Positions 52,201 to 63,000 of a stretch of DNA of 64,000 bases are shown here, piece after piece (the first letter of the stretch is position 1; the number at the start of each line of letters is the position of its first letter). The notes under the pieces were generated by a model. That model saw nothing but the letters and a program-made list of their open reading frames with translations. It was not told the DNA's origin and searched no databases. The translations under genes were made by a program, and so were the position numbers. Source of the stretch: Ascidiella aspersa (Eukaryota); the NCBI GenBank assembly GCA_963924565.1, contig OZ004607.1, forward strand, positions 10,416,001-10,480,000, written 5' to 3'.

Positions 52201-55200
52201 ACACAAAACTGTATAATATTTTTATTGTACTTAAATTGAACTCTAGGGCAGGGGACATTTAAAACATAAAAAAACATGACAAAACATGGCTAAGACGCTG
52301 TTTAAAGAGTTGTGCAAATCGTCCTCAAACTTTTCTACGCGGGACATGTGTGACTTTCTGACTTTCTGGTGGCGAAAGTAGAATAATAGTCGTCTTGCTT
52401 GGCTGAATGACAAAATCGCAGCGACAGTCGGTTACCTGCGGGTCAGCAGTTCAACACAAAGGTCAGGCCTAACGCGACACTGCTGCTACGGCTGTTAGGC
52501 CTGAACCGAAAAATCGTGACGCAAAATCTGTTAATTTAAAATGTTTAAACGGATAATTCGCAAACGTTTGATTAAAAAATGAACTCAAGTGTATTTTGTC
52601 CTTGATAGGACATCGATACGTTTTAAGTTCTCGAACATTTATATGACAGCGAGGCCTATGGAGTGACCTCGTTTGTGAGAAGGGCATTGTGCCGCACTGA
52701 TCCGATTTAAATGCGACAGGTCCGTGTTGTGACGTTATCGCTTTAAGCCAGTCACAGCGGTGGCTAGATGTCCCTGCCTAATATACTCCAAACTTTTAAA
52801 TGTAGGACATTGTACCAAGATAACTTTCTTGGAGTTACATTCTCGTGATGTTCTCTTCACTTGATACGTTTGGACATTAATTCTGCAGCTTGCTAACATC
52901 CTACAAGTTTGTTACAATAAAAGGTACAACACCTATTGGTCACGGAAATCACTTTTTTCGATTACACAAGGATTAAACTTTACCGTAAAATATTGTCAAC
53001 GTGTTGTTCCTGAAAACTGTCATCTTACGCGTTGTATATATGTCACGACAAAAGGTATCCTTCAGTCGTTAGACTGCCATCAGTTTGTCGTTAAATCAAT
53101 AAATAAATAAAATACAGAAAATTGGTAAAACAATTTCAGAGATTTTGTTATATGAAGCAAACTATGCGAAAATTGAGGTTTGAAAAAAATAACATGTTTA
53201 ACAATTGTTCAAAGAAAGTTTGGGTATCAGTCCCTCGACTAACTAACGACTAACTAAATCTTAGCGTTTCGTCCTTGTATCTGATTCAATGATATGGAAA
53301 CAAATGCTAAACGGGTTGCACTCTCCCGACCATGCAAGACTAAAAATGATTGCTTGACAAGAATACTTACATTTCGCTTTGTATCCAGGGTATCAGTCAC
53401 ACATCGCTCCAGAGCTGGTGTGCAAATATCTCCGAATGCTGGGAACCAGTCGAAATATATCCGTGTGTTTGTCTTTTGCCAAAACACTTGCCACTTTTCG
53501 GTTAACTTTACACACTCTAAAAGCACGCCTGCTCTTCCGCAAAACAGAAACAGTTAAATTCTACATCTAATAGCGCCTCTAATCTGGGAGTACACATCTT
53601 GAACTCATGCCTTTGACGTTAAATTAAACAGTTCCAATTTATGCACACACTGTAGGTTGTGAAACCTGGCGGACAATGCTACTTAAAGCTAAAATAACAC
53701 GATTTACGCAACTCACCATTATGCACACCGTGTATATACATACGTGCTGCACATTCACCACGGGCCAGTAGCCTATTTCTGGTCATAAAACATCTGCGAG
53801 GTGCTTTGAGCAAAATTGTCCTGCGCCCTTTCGCCTAGCAAAAGATGCGCCGGCTCAAACGACGCTACTCTGCCGATTAGATCAATACAAATAAGAGCAA
53901 TTCACTGTAGCGAGCCTGCACGTGATAACAAAACCCGATAACTCATTAAGTCGAGTTGCGAAAGTGGCCGACGCTGTCTGCAGTTATACACTCTTATAGC
54001 AAGGCACGGTGACTAATTGTTTTGCTATTGAATTGCCTAAAACTGCTTATTTATTAACTGTATACATCTGAAGTCACCCGTAACTACAATAAGCTATAGG
54101 TGGATTTAAATGAAACTGAATGGGAATCCACGATGTTACCAAGACTCAGTAGCTGAGTTTTACCATTTCACTTCTGAAATTTGCATAAATATAAGTGGGG
54201 TTAAGCAGGCATGAATATCGATTTTCTCTATTTTCCTCTTAAAACGACTAAAATGGTAGTCTAACATATGCTACGGTTATCAATTTTCGCCGTCTGACCA
54301 TACATGGAGAAACTAACAGAGTAAGCTAGACACAATTAATAATTGTTTTGCATTCTACTGTTAAAACCAGTGGAACGTAAGGTTTAAAGCATTAGGGTTG
54401 CTAACATTGCCATTTTCCTTTACATAACTTTGCGAAACTTCAAAAAGATCTCAATGCGAATTGACAACGCTGACTGAATGTGTTCTATTTAGAGCTCTAC
54501 TCAGAGCAACTACTTTTAGAGCAACTACTCAAAAATTAAATTTTAGAACACCACAGTTACCTAGTTTCGCCTTTCCTCTCCACACAAACTATAGGTAACT
54601 TTTAAAGCGCCCACTAAGCAACAAAGTTGACTGACAACTGCGTCAGGGTGGCTGCGCCAAGCAATATCTGCAAAATCAATTCAACGCCGGGGGAGCGCAA
54701 ACTCAATGGCCTGATATACCCTAATGCAGGACAGCCTGTCGCGGCAAAGGTGAAGCTTATGCCATAGTCCCTTTCAGCGCACAGGCCTAATCAGAGCGTA
54801 GTGGCACGAAATTAAGCGGATTCGGTTTAATCGCCGCTAAGTCCGGGACTTTACCAATCGCCAATCTTTTCTTCGCATAATCGCCTTTCCCTGTCGTATC
54901 GATTTTAAATTTGCAGCCAGGGCAGGCTGCGACCGCCACCTAACGTATACATAAATACCAAATAAAATCCCCGATAAAGGATTTACGTATATAACGCCCA
55001 AACGTCAAATCAATAAATAAGAAATTATCGGAGGAGCATCTCCTTCAAATAAATTTTAAAAGTCCGATCACAAACATAATTTTTTTTAAATAAAAGTGAT
55101 TGCTGGTTGGCGACTGCTATGTTACACAATTGATTGGCAACGTGTAAGATTTTAATTGGACGAACGAAATTACAAACATACCATTAATGCTATTGATGGT

Positions 55201-56340
55201 ATACTGACGTCGTTGCAATTCTTCTCGAAAATTGTTTGTAACCAATTTTGCAAATATTGTCGACCTGTAGGTTTCGCAAACAACTATGCCTCAGTGAAAA
55301 CAAAGCAAAACAAAACACAGCAAATCATATTCAAAAACGGAACAAAAGTGCGATTATAGGGTCAGCTGTAAAATTGCTCGTGTGTTATTTTGGCAATTGG
55401 AAATTATCTGCAACATGCGTGTTCTCGCTAGTAACTGTTTGTGTAGAATAGACTAAAGAAACGTAAAAAACTATTAGGCGAAACTACAAAAATCTAATTG
55501 AACAAAGCGTTGGTCCCGCTTTAATTTGGACCCGTTTAAAACCTAAAGTACTAAAATGAGATAACAACCAAGGAAAAATCCCTGTTCAAATATTACTCAC
55601 AGCTTGTTGATTGGTTATTTTGCCAGCTAATCGTTTTAAATGTCAAACTTCTCACTTGAAAGGTAAAACTAAAAGTGAAAAACAGGGAGAAAAACGATAG
55701 GACAAAATATTCGTTGCAGACAAGGGTTATATCTGTAGCGAATCTGCTTGCAATTTGCTCATAGTGGTAGCACCAGGACACTTTTGTCCACCTTTTTTAT
55801 ACTATAATACCTTTCAAAGTAGTAATGGAACCCTTTCAAACCTTTTGAAGCTTACAGACCGTTTTTCACACTGAACAAAGTTTTTTAACACTGACTCTCA
55901 TCTGTTACGACTATATTTTAAAGTCCCAGGTAAATTTAAAAGGATTATTATTCTACATTAAAAGTAAGAACTACTACTAACTTTTTAAGATATGTTGCCT
56001 TACAGCAAAAAAATTCATCAATTTTTATTGCATCCACGAACTCCTTGTGCCATTTTACTGACCACTTGATGGTTCAACACCCCTGGTTGGAAACTACTGG
56101 TCTAAGTAAAAAAAAAAAAAAAACAGAAACCAGAAAAAAAACATAATGCGCCGAAGCACAAAATGCCATCAAAACCAAAGTTTGATTCAATTCAGTTTTA
56201 CTTTAAATAAAACAAAACAACTTACCTAGCATTCGCAGTACTTCGCTGGAGAAGATTTTGTGGCAAACCATCTTTCCTTTGTAAGGCCCTTCATCCTTTT
56301 TCACTTCCTCGTCCTCCTCGGCTTGTAAAGCTTTGTACAT
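1047..56340 (-). CDS. CACNA1C/D/F/S: L-type voltage-gated calcium channel alpha-1 subunit (Cav1), 5' part (N-terminus to IIS1); multi-exon span, continues beyond position 1
   Basis: Exons 2-12 join in frame with GT-AG junctions. They encode the IS4 motif [19 protein letters not shown], pore loop [13 protein letters not shown]6 and the AID. Exon sizes of 106, 140, 104, 27 and 161 nt match human CACNA1C exons 3, 4, 8, 11 and 12 as I recall them. The choice of first exon is less certain. Confidence 0.97.
1868..1894 (-). CDS. CACNA1C/D/F/S: Cav1 27-nt microexon (exon 11 equivalent): (R)KKLSKTCY(S)
   Basis: ctacag| acceptor and CAG|gtaata donor, phase 2 to 2; same size, phase and position as human exon 11 (HRISKSKFS). 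Confidence 0.85.
2319..2748. mobile_element. Degenerate hAT-type MITE
   Basis: CAGCGTTTTAAAAC ... GTTGAGAAGCACTG; TSD TTTTATAG/TTTTAAAG (7 of 8 match). Confidence 0.6.
3268..3346 (-). CDS. CACNA1C/D/F/S: Cav1 exon 10 equivalent (acidic I-II linker): (R)[25 protein letters not shown](R)
   Basis: atttttcag| acceptor and AAG|gtaatt donor, 79 nt, phase 1 to 2; links exon 9 to exon 11 in frame. Confidence 0.88.
6712..6920. mobile_element. hAT/Charlie-type MITE
   Basis: CAGTGGTTCTCAAAC ... GTTTGAGAATCACTG; TSD GCTTAAAG/GCTTAGAA (6 of 8 match). Confidence 0.8.
6969..7129 (-). CDS. CACNA1C/D/F/S: Cav1 exon 9 (AID): [53 protein letters not shown]
   Basis: ttttcgtgtag| acceptor and C|gtgagt donor, 161 nt; alpha-interaction domain motif GYxxWI. 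Confidence 0.97.
8661..8764 (-). CDS. CACNA1C/D/F/S: Cav1 exon 8 (IS6): [34 protein letters not shown](G)
   Basis: ttttgcag| acceptor and GG|gtaagt donor, 104 nt. Confidence 0.97.
8870..9295. mobile_element. MITE of a CCGATAC-rich family; related copies at ~3551-3648, ~15045-15330, ~15360-15670 and ~19757-19843
   Basis: Inverted ends (A)GGATGTCC...GACATCCCT with internal ccgatac/gtatcgg repeats shared among copies. Confidence 0.65.
9376..9575 (-). CDS. CACNA1C/D/F/S: Cav1 exon 7 (repeat I turret and pore loop with selectivity-filter Glu): ...[37 protein letters not shown]
   Basis: ccttacag| acceptor and |gtgagt donor, 200 nt, phase 1 to 0. Confidence 0.97.
10158..10197 (+). ncRNA. Minimal type I hammerhead ribozyme motif within a Penelope-like repeat remnant (about 10110-10241)
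   Basis: tttgac-CTGATGA-a-GCAC ggtt GTGC-GAA-AGCT-T-gtcgag: both catalytic boxes, 4-bp stem II, palindromic helix III, and stem I pairing. Confidence 0.75.
10545..10715 (-). CDS. CACNA1C/D/F/S: Cav1 exon 6 (IS5): [56 protein letters not shown]
   Basis: gtttttag| acceptor and G|gtaagt donor, 171 nt, phase 1 to 1; matches ORF 10522..10725. Confidence 0.97.
11933..12003. repeat. 25-bp minisatellite, about 3 copies
   Basis: TCGTTGTTCAAACTTGATTCGTTGT repeated. Confidence 0.9.
14716..14825 (-). CDS. CACNA1C/D/F/S: Cav1 exon 5 (IS3-IS4): [36 protein letters not shown](S)
   Basis: ttctttgcag| acceptor and A|gtaagt donor, 110 nt; S4 arginine repeat. Confidence 0.97.
16587..16726 (-). CDS. CACNA1C/D/F/S: Cav1 exon 4 (IS2-IS3): [46 protein letters not shown](G)
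   Basis: tttttgttcag| acceptor and GG|gtgagt donor, 140 nt. Confidence 0.97.
17198..17475. mobile_element. hAT/Charlie-type MITE
   Basis: CAGGGTTTCTTAACC ... GGTTTAGAACCACTG; TSD CCATATAG/CCCTATAG (7 of 8 match). Confidence 0.8.
18063..18168 (-). CDS. CACNA1C/D/F/S: Cav1 exon 3 (IS1): [35 protein letters not shown]
   Basis: ttttcgccag| acceptor and |gtaagt donor, 106 nt. Confidence 0.97.
18190..18662. repeat. Tandem duplication, two diverged ~230-bp copies about 246 bp apart
   Basis: Both copies share tcaacctttcgcaa...aagattttcgcttgacaggtggttatttcgcagtactgaaac. Confidence 0.9.
21459..21499 (-). ncRNA. Degenerate hammerhead ribozyme motif (probably inactive)
   Basis: Reverse complement reads ttggc-CTGATGA-a-gtatacgaattgtgt-AAAA-cct-t-gttaa; G12 changed to A and stem II decayed. 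Confidence 0.45.
21980..22529. mobile_element. hAT-Blackjack-like MITE (degenerate)
   Basis: Ends resemble TAGGGTGACCATAT; subterminal TGTCCTCTTTT repeats near both ends. Confidence 0.5.
24401..25025 (-). CDS. CACNA1C/D/F/S: Cav1 exon 2 (long low-complexity cytoplasmic N-terminus, NSCaTE-like DWNKVIQAA, ending [21 protein letters not shown])
   Basis: Branch-like cctaac plus tgtctgttgcag| acceptor and AG|gtgaga donor, 625 nt, phase 1 to 2; matches ORF 24397..25038. Confidence 0.93.
27466..27499 (-). CDS. Cav1 candidate alternative first coding exon (1c): [11 protein letters not shown](G)
   Basis: AAT-ATG after in-frame TGA, TAG|gtgagc donor in phase 1, pyrimidine-rich acceptor at 27535/27536. 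Confidence 0.4.
32067..32282 (-). CDS. Cav1 candidate 216-nt symmetric N-terminal cassette exon: (G)[15 protein letters not shown]...[10 protein letters not shown](G)
   Basis: tttgtctactcag| acceptor, AAG|gtgaaa donor (weak), phase 1 to 1, 72 open codons, GC-rich. Confidence 0.5.
35833..36023. mobile_element. Foldback element with CACTA-like terminus; the same terminus occurs at ~7569
   Basis: CACTATGCACGGAT start; ~42-bp inverted arms at 35856-35897 and 35982-36023. Confidence 0.55.
39699..39768 (-). CDS. Cav1 candidate alternative first coding exon (1b): [23 protein letters not shown](R)
   Basis: GC/CpG-rich island, GAA-ATG start, A|gtaagt donor in phase 1; upstream acceptor at 39960/39961. 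Confidence 0.55.
47313..47347 (-). pseudogene. tRNA 3'-half fragment or tRNA-derived SINE head
   Basis: Reverse complement GGGGGTTGTGAGTTCGAACCTCAC forms a T-arm (GTGAG/CTCAC stem, TTCGAAC loop, B-box); no D or anticodon arm. Confidence 0.5.
47469..47748. mobile_element. hAT/Charlie-type MITE
   Basis: TIRs CATTGTTTCTTAAC and GTTAAGAAACACTG with a perfect 8-bp TSD TTTTAAAC. Confidence 0.85.
51369..51672. mobile_element. hAT/Charlie-type MITE
   Basis: CAGGGGTCCTTAAA ... TTTAAGAACCCCTG; TSD decayed (5 of 8 match). Confidence 0.65.
56226..56340 (-). CDS. CACNA1C/D/F/S: Cav1 candidate distal first coding exon (1a): [38 protein letters not shown](G)
   Basis: ATG preceded by in-frame TAA, coding-like composition, TAG|gtaagt donor in phase 1 matching exon 2; most distal candidate before the divergent gene. 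Confidence 0.7.
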
Positions 56341-59007
56341 GACTTAAAATTTAAGTCCGAAACATTGCAAAGCAAGGGTCCTAGAGTGTTGGCCAACTTA
56401 ACCGCTTTCACAACACAAAACAAGTCTAGATTGATTAAAAAAGTATATGTGCTGAAAAAGTAAGTAGGCTTGGTTCAGGCTCTTTGCATGTCAGTCGCCT
56501 TGCACAGAAATTCTGATCTAAAATTTGGTTGTATAAATGTACACGTTTGTGGCCGTTTCAAATCAATGAGACTGCCGAAAACGATAATAAAACAAATTTA
56601 AAGTATAGGCCTACAGCTGTAATGTATCCCAATAAGATTGTTTGCGTTTGTTTTAAACTCATGATAGGCCTATTTTGCAACGCCAAGTTAAAATTAATTA
56701 AAAGGTTTCCAGGCGTTTATATACCGATTTCAGACATATCTAATTAACTTATCTGTTTAATAAAGCAAAAATTAAACATTTCCAAACAAACTAAACGTAC
56801 TGATATGTAACCGATTAGGGCCATTTGTTGTCGAATAAACTGTTCATAAATACTTAATTAGCTTAAAATATACTTAGGTGTAACAACTGATGTGTAGCCT
56901 ATTCCAAGTAATTCATTTTAACTGCTCATGAAATAGTGATAACCTGAATTAATTGAATTCCTGTTTAGATCAACTGCACTAGGCAAAACAAGTTGAACTA
57001 ACTAAATTCTACTCGATTCATGCTATATAGTAGCCAATAAAGTTGTTTATATACAGCAAAGCTAACCTAACGTTATATGAAACGTATTGGGATGAATTGC
57101 AATCAATTTTTCTGGTTTTTATTAAGGCAAAACTAACTGAAATAAAGGTAATGTTTAACTTTAAACTGAACAGTGTACATGTTTTAAACGGCAAGTAAAG
57201 TTAAACTGCCTAAATAGTACAAACACTGGCTTACAAACGTACACGTTGGCGTATATTAGATTGCGCAGCGACCAATCTTAAGCTTTCAGCAACGTTTTTT
57301 CGGGAACTTCTTATTCTATAAAGCGCCTTGAATGTTAATTGCAGTCGAAGCTAAGTTTGACAGCATGGCAATGTTAAACTGTGCGAGTACATCAACGTTC
57401 AATGTAAAGGTGCGAACTATTCAGGAGACGGACAGCTGTGGCCAACCTTGATTTCAGCATTTGTGTAACCGGCCTGATGTCTCTTGGTAATGCTACTTAC
57501 GTAAGAAACCCTACCACGTTGGTAAAATGAGTTTATGAAAACAAAACGAAAGTACAAAACCCTGCTTTCCAGACAAATGTAAACAGCCGGCTGATATCGC
57601 AAACATTACGCCTTATAAAAATATTTTCTTGCTTCAGGAATAGGAAAGGGGAAGGTCTATGTTTAGCAGTTATCTCCACAAAATATTTTTAAAATTCCAA
57701 AGGATGCACATTGTGAAAAGGTTGAATTGCGCGCTTAACTGTCATTTTGTGACTGTGTGTGCTAACTTGAAAAAAAAATGAAAATTGCATTATTTTTCGC
57801 TAGATGTTGATGATCAAAAAACTTAGCTTTATATGTTGGTTGGCTATGCATGTCACTTAAAATGCATTTCTAGCACGCTTACGTGAACTTTTTACTAAAG
57901 AACTTTGGTTTTGTTTGTGGCGACCAAAAACAACATTTTAAGCCATAAAATCCCGTCACAAAGGATTTTAGAAGGAGGAATATTGAAAAATACCTGATAG
58001 AAGTTATATGTCCGACGTTTTAAAGGGCCATGTAGCATAACTGTGCGATATGCGTTGTTTTCAATGCGTTTAAAAAAAAAATTTGACGCTATCTTAAAAT
58101 GTGATGTGCTAGGCCAAGGGTCGGCAACCTACGTCCCGCGGCCCGTACATCCGGCGCGCCGATGTAATCCATCCGGCCCGCCGTCTCTCAGACAAATCAG
58201 ACACGAGTCTATTTCACATACTTTTTGATTAATTTAAGGACGTAATTGCGAAAAAATTTCGCGCTTCGCGCGAATGTTTATTATGCGTTTGGTTTGTATA
58301 CGTAATGATGCTGCCTTTCTAACTAGATCATCGATTTTTTACCGTTGCGCAATGAAAGGCTGCCAGGTGCGTCGCGAACAAACGGAAAACGTATTCAAAA
58401 TTATTGGACATATATTTTTTAACTTTTTTTTTTATTTTCGGCAATGTAATAAAAACTTAAGAAATATCTGTATACCAAAAAACGCTTTTTTGACCAGTGG
58501 AATTTTTAATTGTAAAAAATTACCTTTCAGTATTCATAATCAAAAACAGAGACTAACGAACTCAGACGATGCTCGACTGCGACTTTGTCTGTGTTCTGAT
58601 GATTTACATGCAGTTAACCAAAATGAACAAGATTGAACCTGATGCACACTCTCGAATATGATATTCGCCATGGTCTTTCATTAGGGACGTCTCGGTCCGT
58701 CTTACAAATGCTTTGATCTATTTTATTTCTTGCAACGTGGCAAAACGATAATGTGCTTTGCAATTAGTGATTTCTACGAGTAGCTTTCATCGCTGGCGTA
58801 GTCGTTTGGCTGGAAAATTGTCTGCAGAAATAAAAGCGTTTATATAAAACATGTATCGCTTAAAACAAAAAAATAAGTTTTTCTGCGCCTAGCGGTTAGA
58901 GGCTAACCGTTAGACATTACGTATTTTATTTTAGGTTTGCTAATGGCAAAAAGACATTACACATAGCTTTCTAATAGCACTAAAAACAAACGTGAAGACT
59001 ATAGAGC

Positions 59008-59860
59008 AGTGCTTGTCAACCTTTTTCAGGATGGTACACCCCTTTTACGTTTAGTTAAAACTTATACACCCCAGTCCACGCAATACGCAGAATGCGTAGT
59101 AATTATAATAGGAAATAGAAGGATATCCGTAGCATATCTTTAAAGAAATAATAATTTCATCAGTCATTTAATGCAAGTGTTGCTGATGTTGAATTTGTTC
59201 AGTCAATTGTGCGAACCGAGGCAGTAGCCTCGTTTCGAGTGCTCCTATCATAAGCGATAAACATCCTTGATAAAATTTCTTTTTTGGTTTTAATTTCAAC
59301 AGGAGCAAAAAATCTTTGCTCGCAAAGATATGTCGTGGGCATGTGACAAGGATGGAAACGCTTTTTCACTGAGATTTCGGTATTTAGGACATGTTGAGAA
59401 GCGATACCGAAAATTCCACCCAATCTGTTAGAAATTAGTGCAGTTCTAAGCATAAAGGTCCACGACAATTAGGGCATCCAAGGGCAGAAAAGTCTGACTT
59501 TTAGACATTGAGGTCGTGGCAATGTACTAATTAGACCTTTAGGTAAACTCCCGGCATGGATCAATTGAAAATATTCGCTGAAAGTTTTGACAAAAGATAA
59601 GAAAATGTGAGATTAATAATACTCGACCTACCTGAACTAAAACGCTAACATTTACTAATTATTAAAAAAAAAATGATTTATTACTTGCTGAAGCAAATTT
59701 AGCAAGTTTATTTAAATAGGGGAATTCCCATATGTTCCTAAATTTTTTATCAACGAAAACTTAAATGCATTGACCATAACGAAATCTTCACACGACTGGA
59801 CTACATTACTGTAGATATGTCTTCGGATAGAAGAACAACCCCAAACGCTTAGTTTTATCT
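59008..59860 (-). mobile_element. Fossil hAT (Charlie/Buster-type) transposon 3' part with frameshifted transposase C-terminus
   Basis: TIR-like CAGTGCTTGTCAACC at 59008. Peptide MPTTYLCEQRFFAPVEIKTKK resembles the hATC dimerisation motif TTYLCExxFSxLxxIKTK, followed in another frame by MIGALETRLLPRFAQLTEQIQHQQHLH*. The upstream boundary is approximate. Confidence 0.8.
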
Positions 59861-60048
59861 GTCACTAACGCAGTCCGTGAACTGCACAAACGCAAGTTTT
59901 GTCTTGCCAACAAAGTCACATATCAATGTATATTGTATGTAGCTTAATTGACCATATCATATCTTGCTGGAATACTTCACTTGGTCGTAACATCTACCGC
60001 AAAAACTACTTTAATTTTTTGCGACATTTTCTTTAATTATAATTAACA

Positions 60049-63000
60049 ATGGAAAATAAGTCCACGTCTGTTCGGACAATACGCAAAACACATAAAAAAT
60101 TGCGGAAGCAGTTTTCCAAAGGTATGGTTGGTTGTTTTGGCGACAGCTAATTTATTGGTAATCTTGAATAATTGGTTAAATAGGCAGATGTATTTTAACT
60201 AAACTATGATTGTTTAGAGTATAATATTGCAAAAAACGTGTAAAAAATTTGGCTCAATAGCTGGTAAACTTACAAATATATTTTACATTAAGAAGGAACA
60301 TATTTCGGCGCTCGTCTAGAATCCTACCACAACGAACATTATTTTGGTTAGGGTGCCGGTTAGCGTTTGGGTTTGGGTGAGTCCAGTAATAGTGTTAAAC
60401 AATATTACTTGACCTACCCACACCCAAACACTAACCGACACCCTAACCCACATATTATGCATTGCTTAATAATCATTTCAACGTTGTGGTAGGATTCTAG
60501 ACCAGCGCCCATATTTGCTTTGCTACAAGATTGTAGCTACAGAGTATAGTTGCTAACTAATGTTGATTTCAAGCTCTATTCGTTTTGTGATTATATAGTT
60601 TTGCTTCGGTTCTTTTGTTAACAACCGATGTAGCAGGTTACATTTTTTTTTAAATAATTTGTGTGCGCAACTGATTTGTTTTAATGCACATAGCACACCT
60701 AAATTTCAGTAAAAAGTTAAACAAGGTAATTAAATTACCAGGGCATTTGTGGGAAACAAGACAATCTTGTTCAATTATACATTTTATGATGTTTAGGTTA
60801 ATTTTGTCTATTTAATACTTCTACCGAAAGAATTTTCTCCTCTTTCAATAAGCGTTGCTTTATAAAGTCTAAAAACACTATCAAAACTCTGTTTTAGAAA
60901 GTAGATTAAGTTTGTGTTCTACACCTGAATGTAAATATTCGCTTACACCTTTACCTTACAAACATGTCCCCAAAAACCATGACATGTGGTAACCCTAATA
61001 TAAATGGTTGTCTTTGTATCTATATAGATCAAAACTTCACCAAACTGTGGCAACAACACTGCAAGAATGAAAAAGAACTGGAGAATTATGCAATAGCAAT
61101 GAAGTCGCTTGCAAATAATGTTTGGGATGTTGATTGTGATGGAACAGACAGAACAAAGGTATATTTCGTTTATTACAAAGCTGTTTTGTTATACTTAATA
61201 TAAACATACCAGCTTAACTGAATTTGTCAATAGACATTGTACGTTTAAAGTCAATATTGATTTGCCTATTGAAAAGTCAAATACCTTATCTCTTTACAAA
61301 ACTGTTTGAATGGTCTTTGAAATTTATTTCATGTGCTGCTTAAGTTATGTGTTTAGAAAGTTACAGAATATAAACTTTTTTTGTGTGTGTTTGACTATTT
61401 GTTATTGTTTTGACCACATCAGTTATCCTTTGTGTTTTAAAATTATATTTAAAACACATAAAATGATTAAATTTAATTCTCTAAAACCGATCAATTTATT
61501 AGGCATATTAACAGAGGAACATTGCTTATCTTGGTGTACACTTTGCTTATCTTGGTGTACAGGTTGAAAATGAATAAAGAGTTATTCGAAACGTCCAAAA
61601 TGATACCTACTTCTGTATGGGCATTGATATTCTTATTACGTCTTACTACAACCTCCAACCATTATGCTCCAAAGGTGTACACTTTGTTTTGTGTTTAGTG
61701 GTGCCGGACTGTATGTAATGACTATTTCAAGCATGGCGGACTGACAAGGCTTATTAACAAAGACCAGAGGAGAAAAGAATATTATCTCAAGCAGAAGGCT
61801 TCAGAGTTCTTGTGTGGATCTAAACCAATCAATGTATCTGCTGGCGTCGAGCAAAACGATTTAGTAGAGGATGTAGATAGGTTTGTTACTCCTTGACTAT
61901 ATTATATTTGAACCTGGATTGTGATAAAACTTCCTCCTATATGCACCTAACCCGATGATAACAATTTCGGGGTTGTCACAAAGTTTTAAAATTGTTTTGC
62001 TTATTAGAAGTCTTTGATATACCCTTTGTTTTTATATGTCTTGAATTATTTTATTTGCCGTTTAAATTATGTGTTTTAAAAGTGCCATAGTAGAGCAATT
62101 GTGTGTAACATTTTGTTATTATGTGATCAGATACTGCTTTTTTTGTTTTTATTTAAAACACAGAGAATAATCCAATTTGGGGTGTTTAAAATATTTAAAA
62201 GCTACAAATTTTCCCTCAAATGTTGTGACAACCCTAAAAATTCTGACTTTGGGAATTTCCAAATTATTTATATTAATAAACCAGCTTCAATAAAATATTG
62301 GAATTTGTGTGTATAATAATATGTAAATTATTTTCTAGAACACAATGGAAAGATGGCAATAAAATAAAGTTACTGGATGTAGGATCATGCTACAACCCTT
62401 TCCAGAAAATGGAAGAGTTTGAAACAACCGCCATTGACTTATCCCCTGCTAATGAGGTGATTGCACTAAATTAGCAAATACATCTGTATTTTTTGCTGAT
62501 AACACAACTCAACTCAATATAATAACATTAACAACTTTGCAGAATGTCTTGAAATGTGACTTTTTGAGTGTGCCATTGAACAACAGCATGGCAGAAGCGC
62601 CAAATTCAATTCACAATGACACTGAAGACAATAATAAGGTAACATTTTTTCCTCAAAACAAAGTGTTAAAAATATAAAAGATTTTTAGACGGAAAAAAAA
62701 TTACAAAGAATAATAAATAGATATTGAATAAACCTTTAAATACAACATGCTATAAAGAAAGAGGTGCAACTCCAGTTTAACTTCAGCCTAGAAAATAAAG
62801 TTGATTCCTGAGTTCAGTTTCACAGCCCTGTATTCTGCATATTCATGTAGCTAAAATAAGGAGGATATAGTTTAGTAACAAACTAACAATAAAACTCAAA
62901 TTTTGAAAACCCTAATAAACAAATTATTGTGAATATACGCTTCAGAGGAATACTGTTCGACTAGCAGAAACCTGCTGCCAATGGTTTTCAATTGCATAAA

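Noticed and set aside
37343-53790. Further phase-1 first-exon candidates (ATG-C|gtaagt at 37343-37346; MTRNRLL...HN-G|gtgagt ending at 53717)
   Set aside because: Supported only by an ATG plus a donor; they illustrate the chance background
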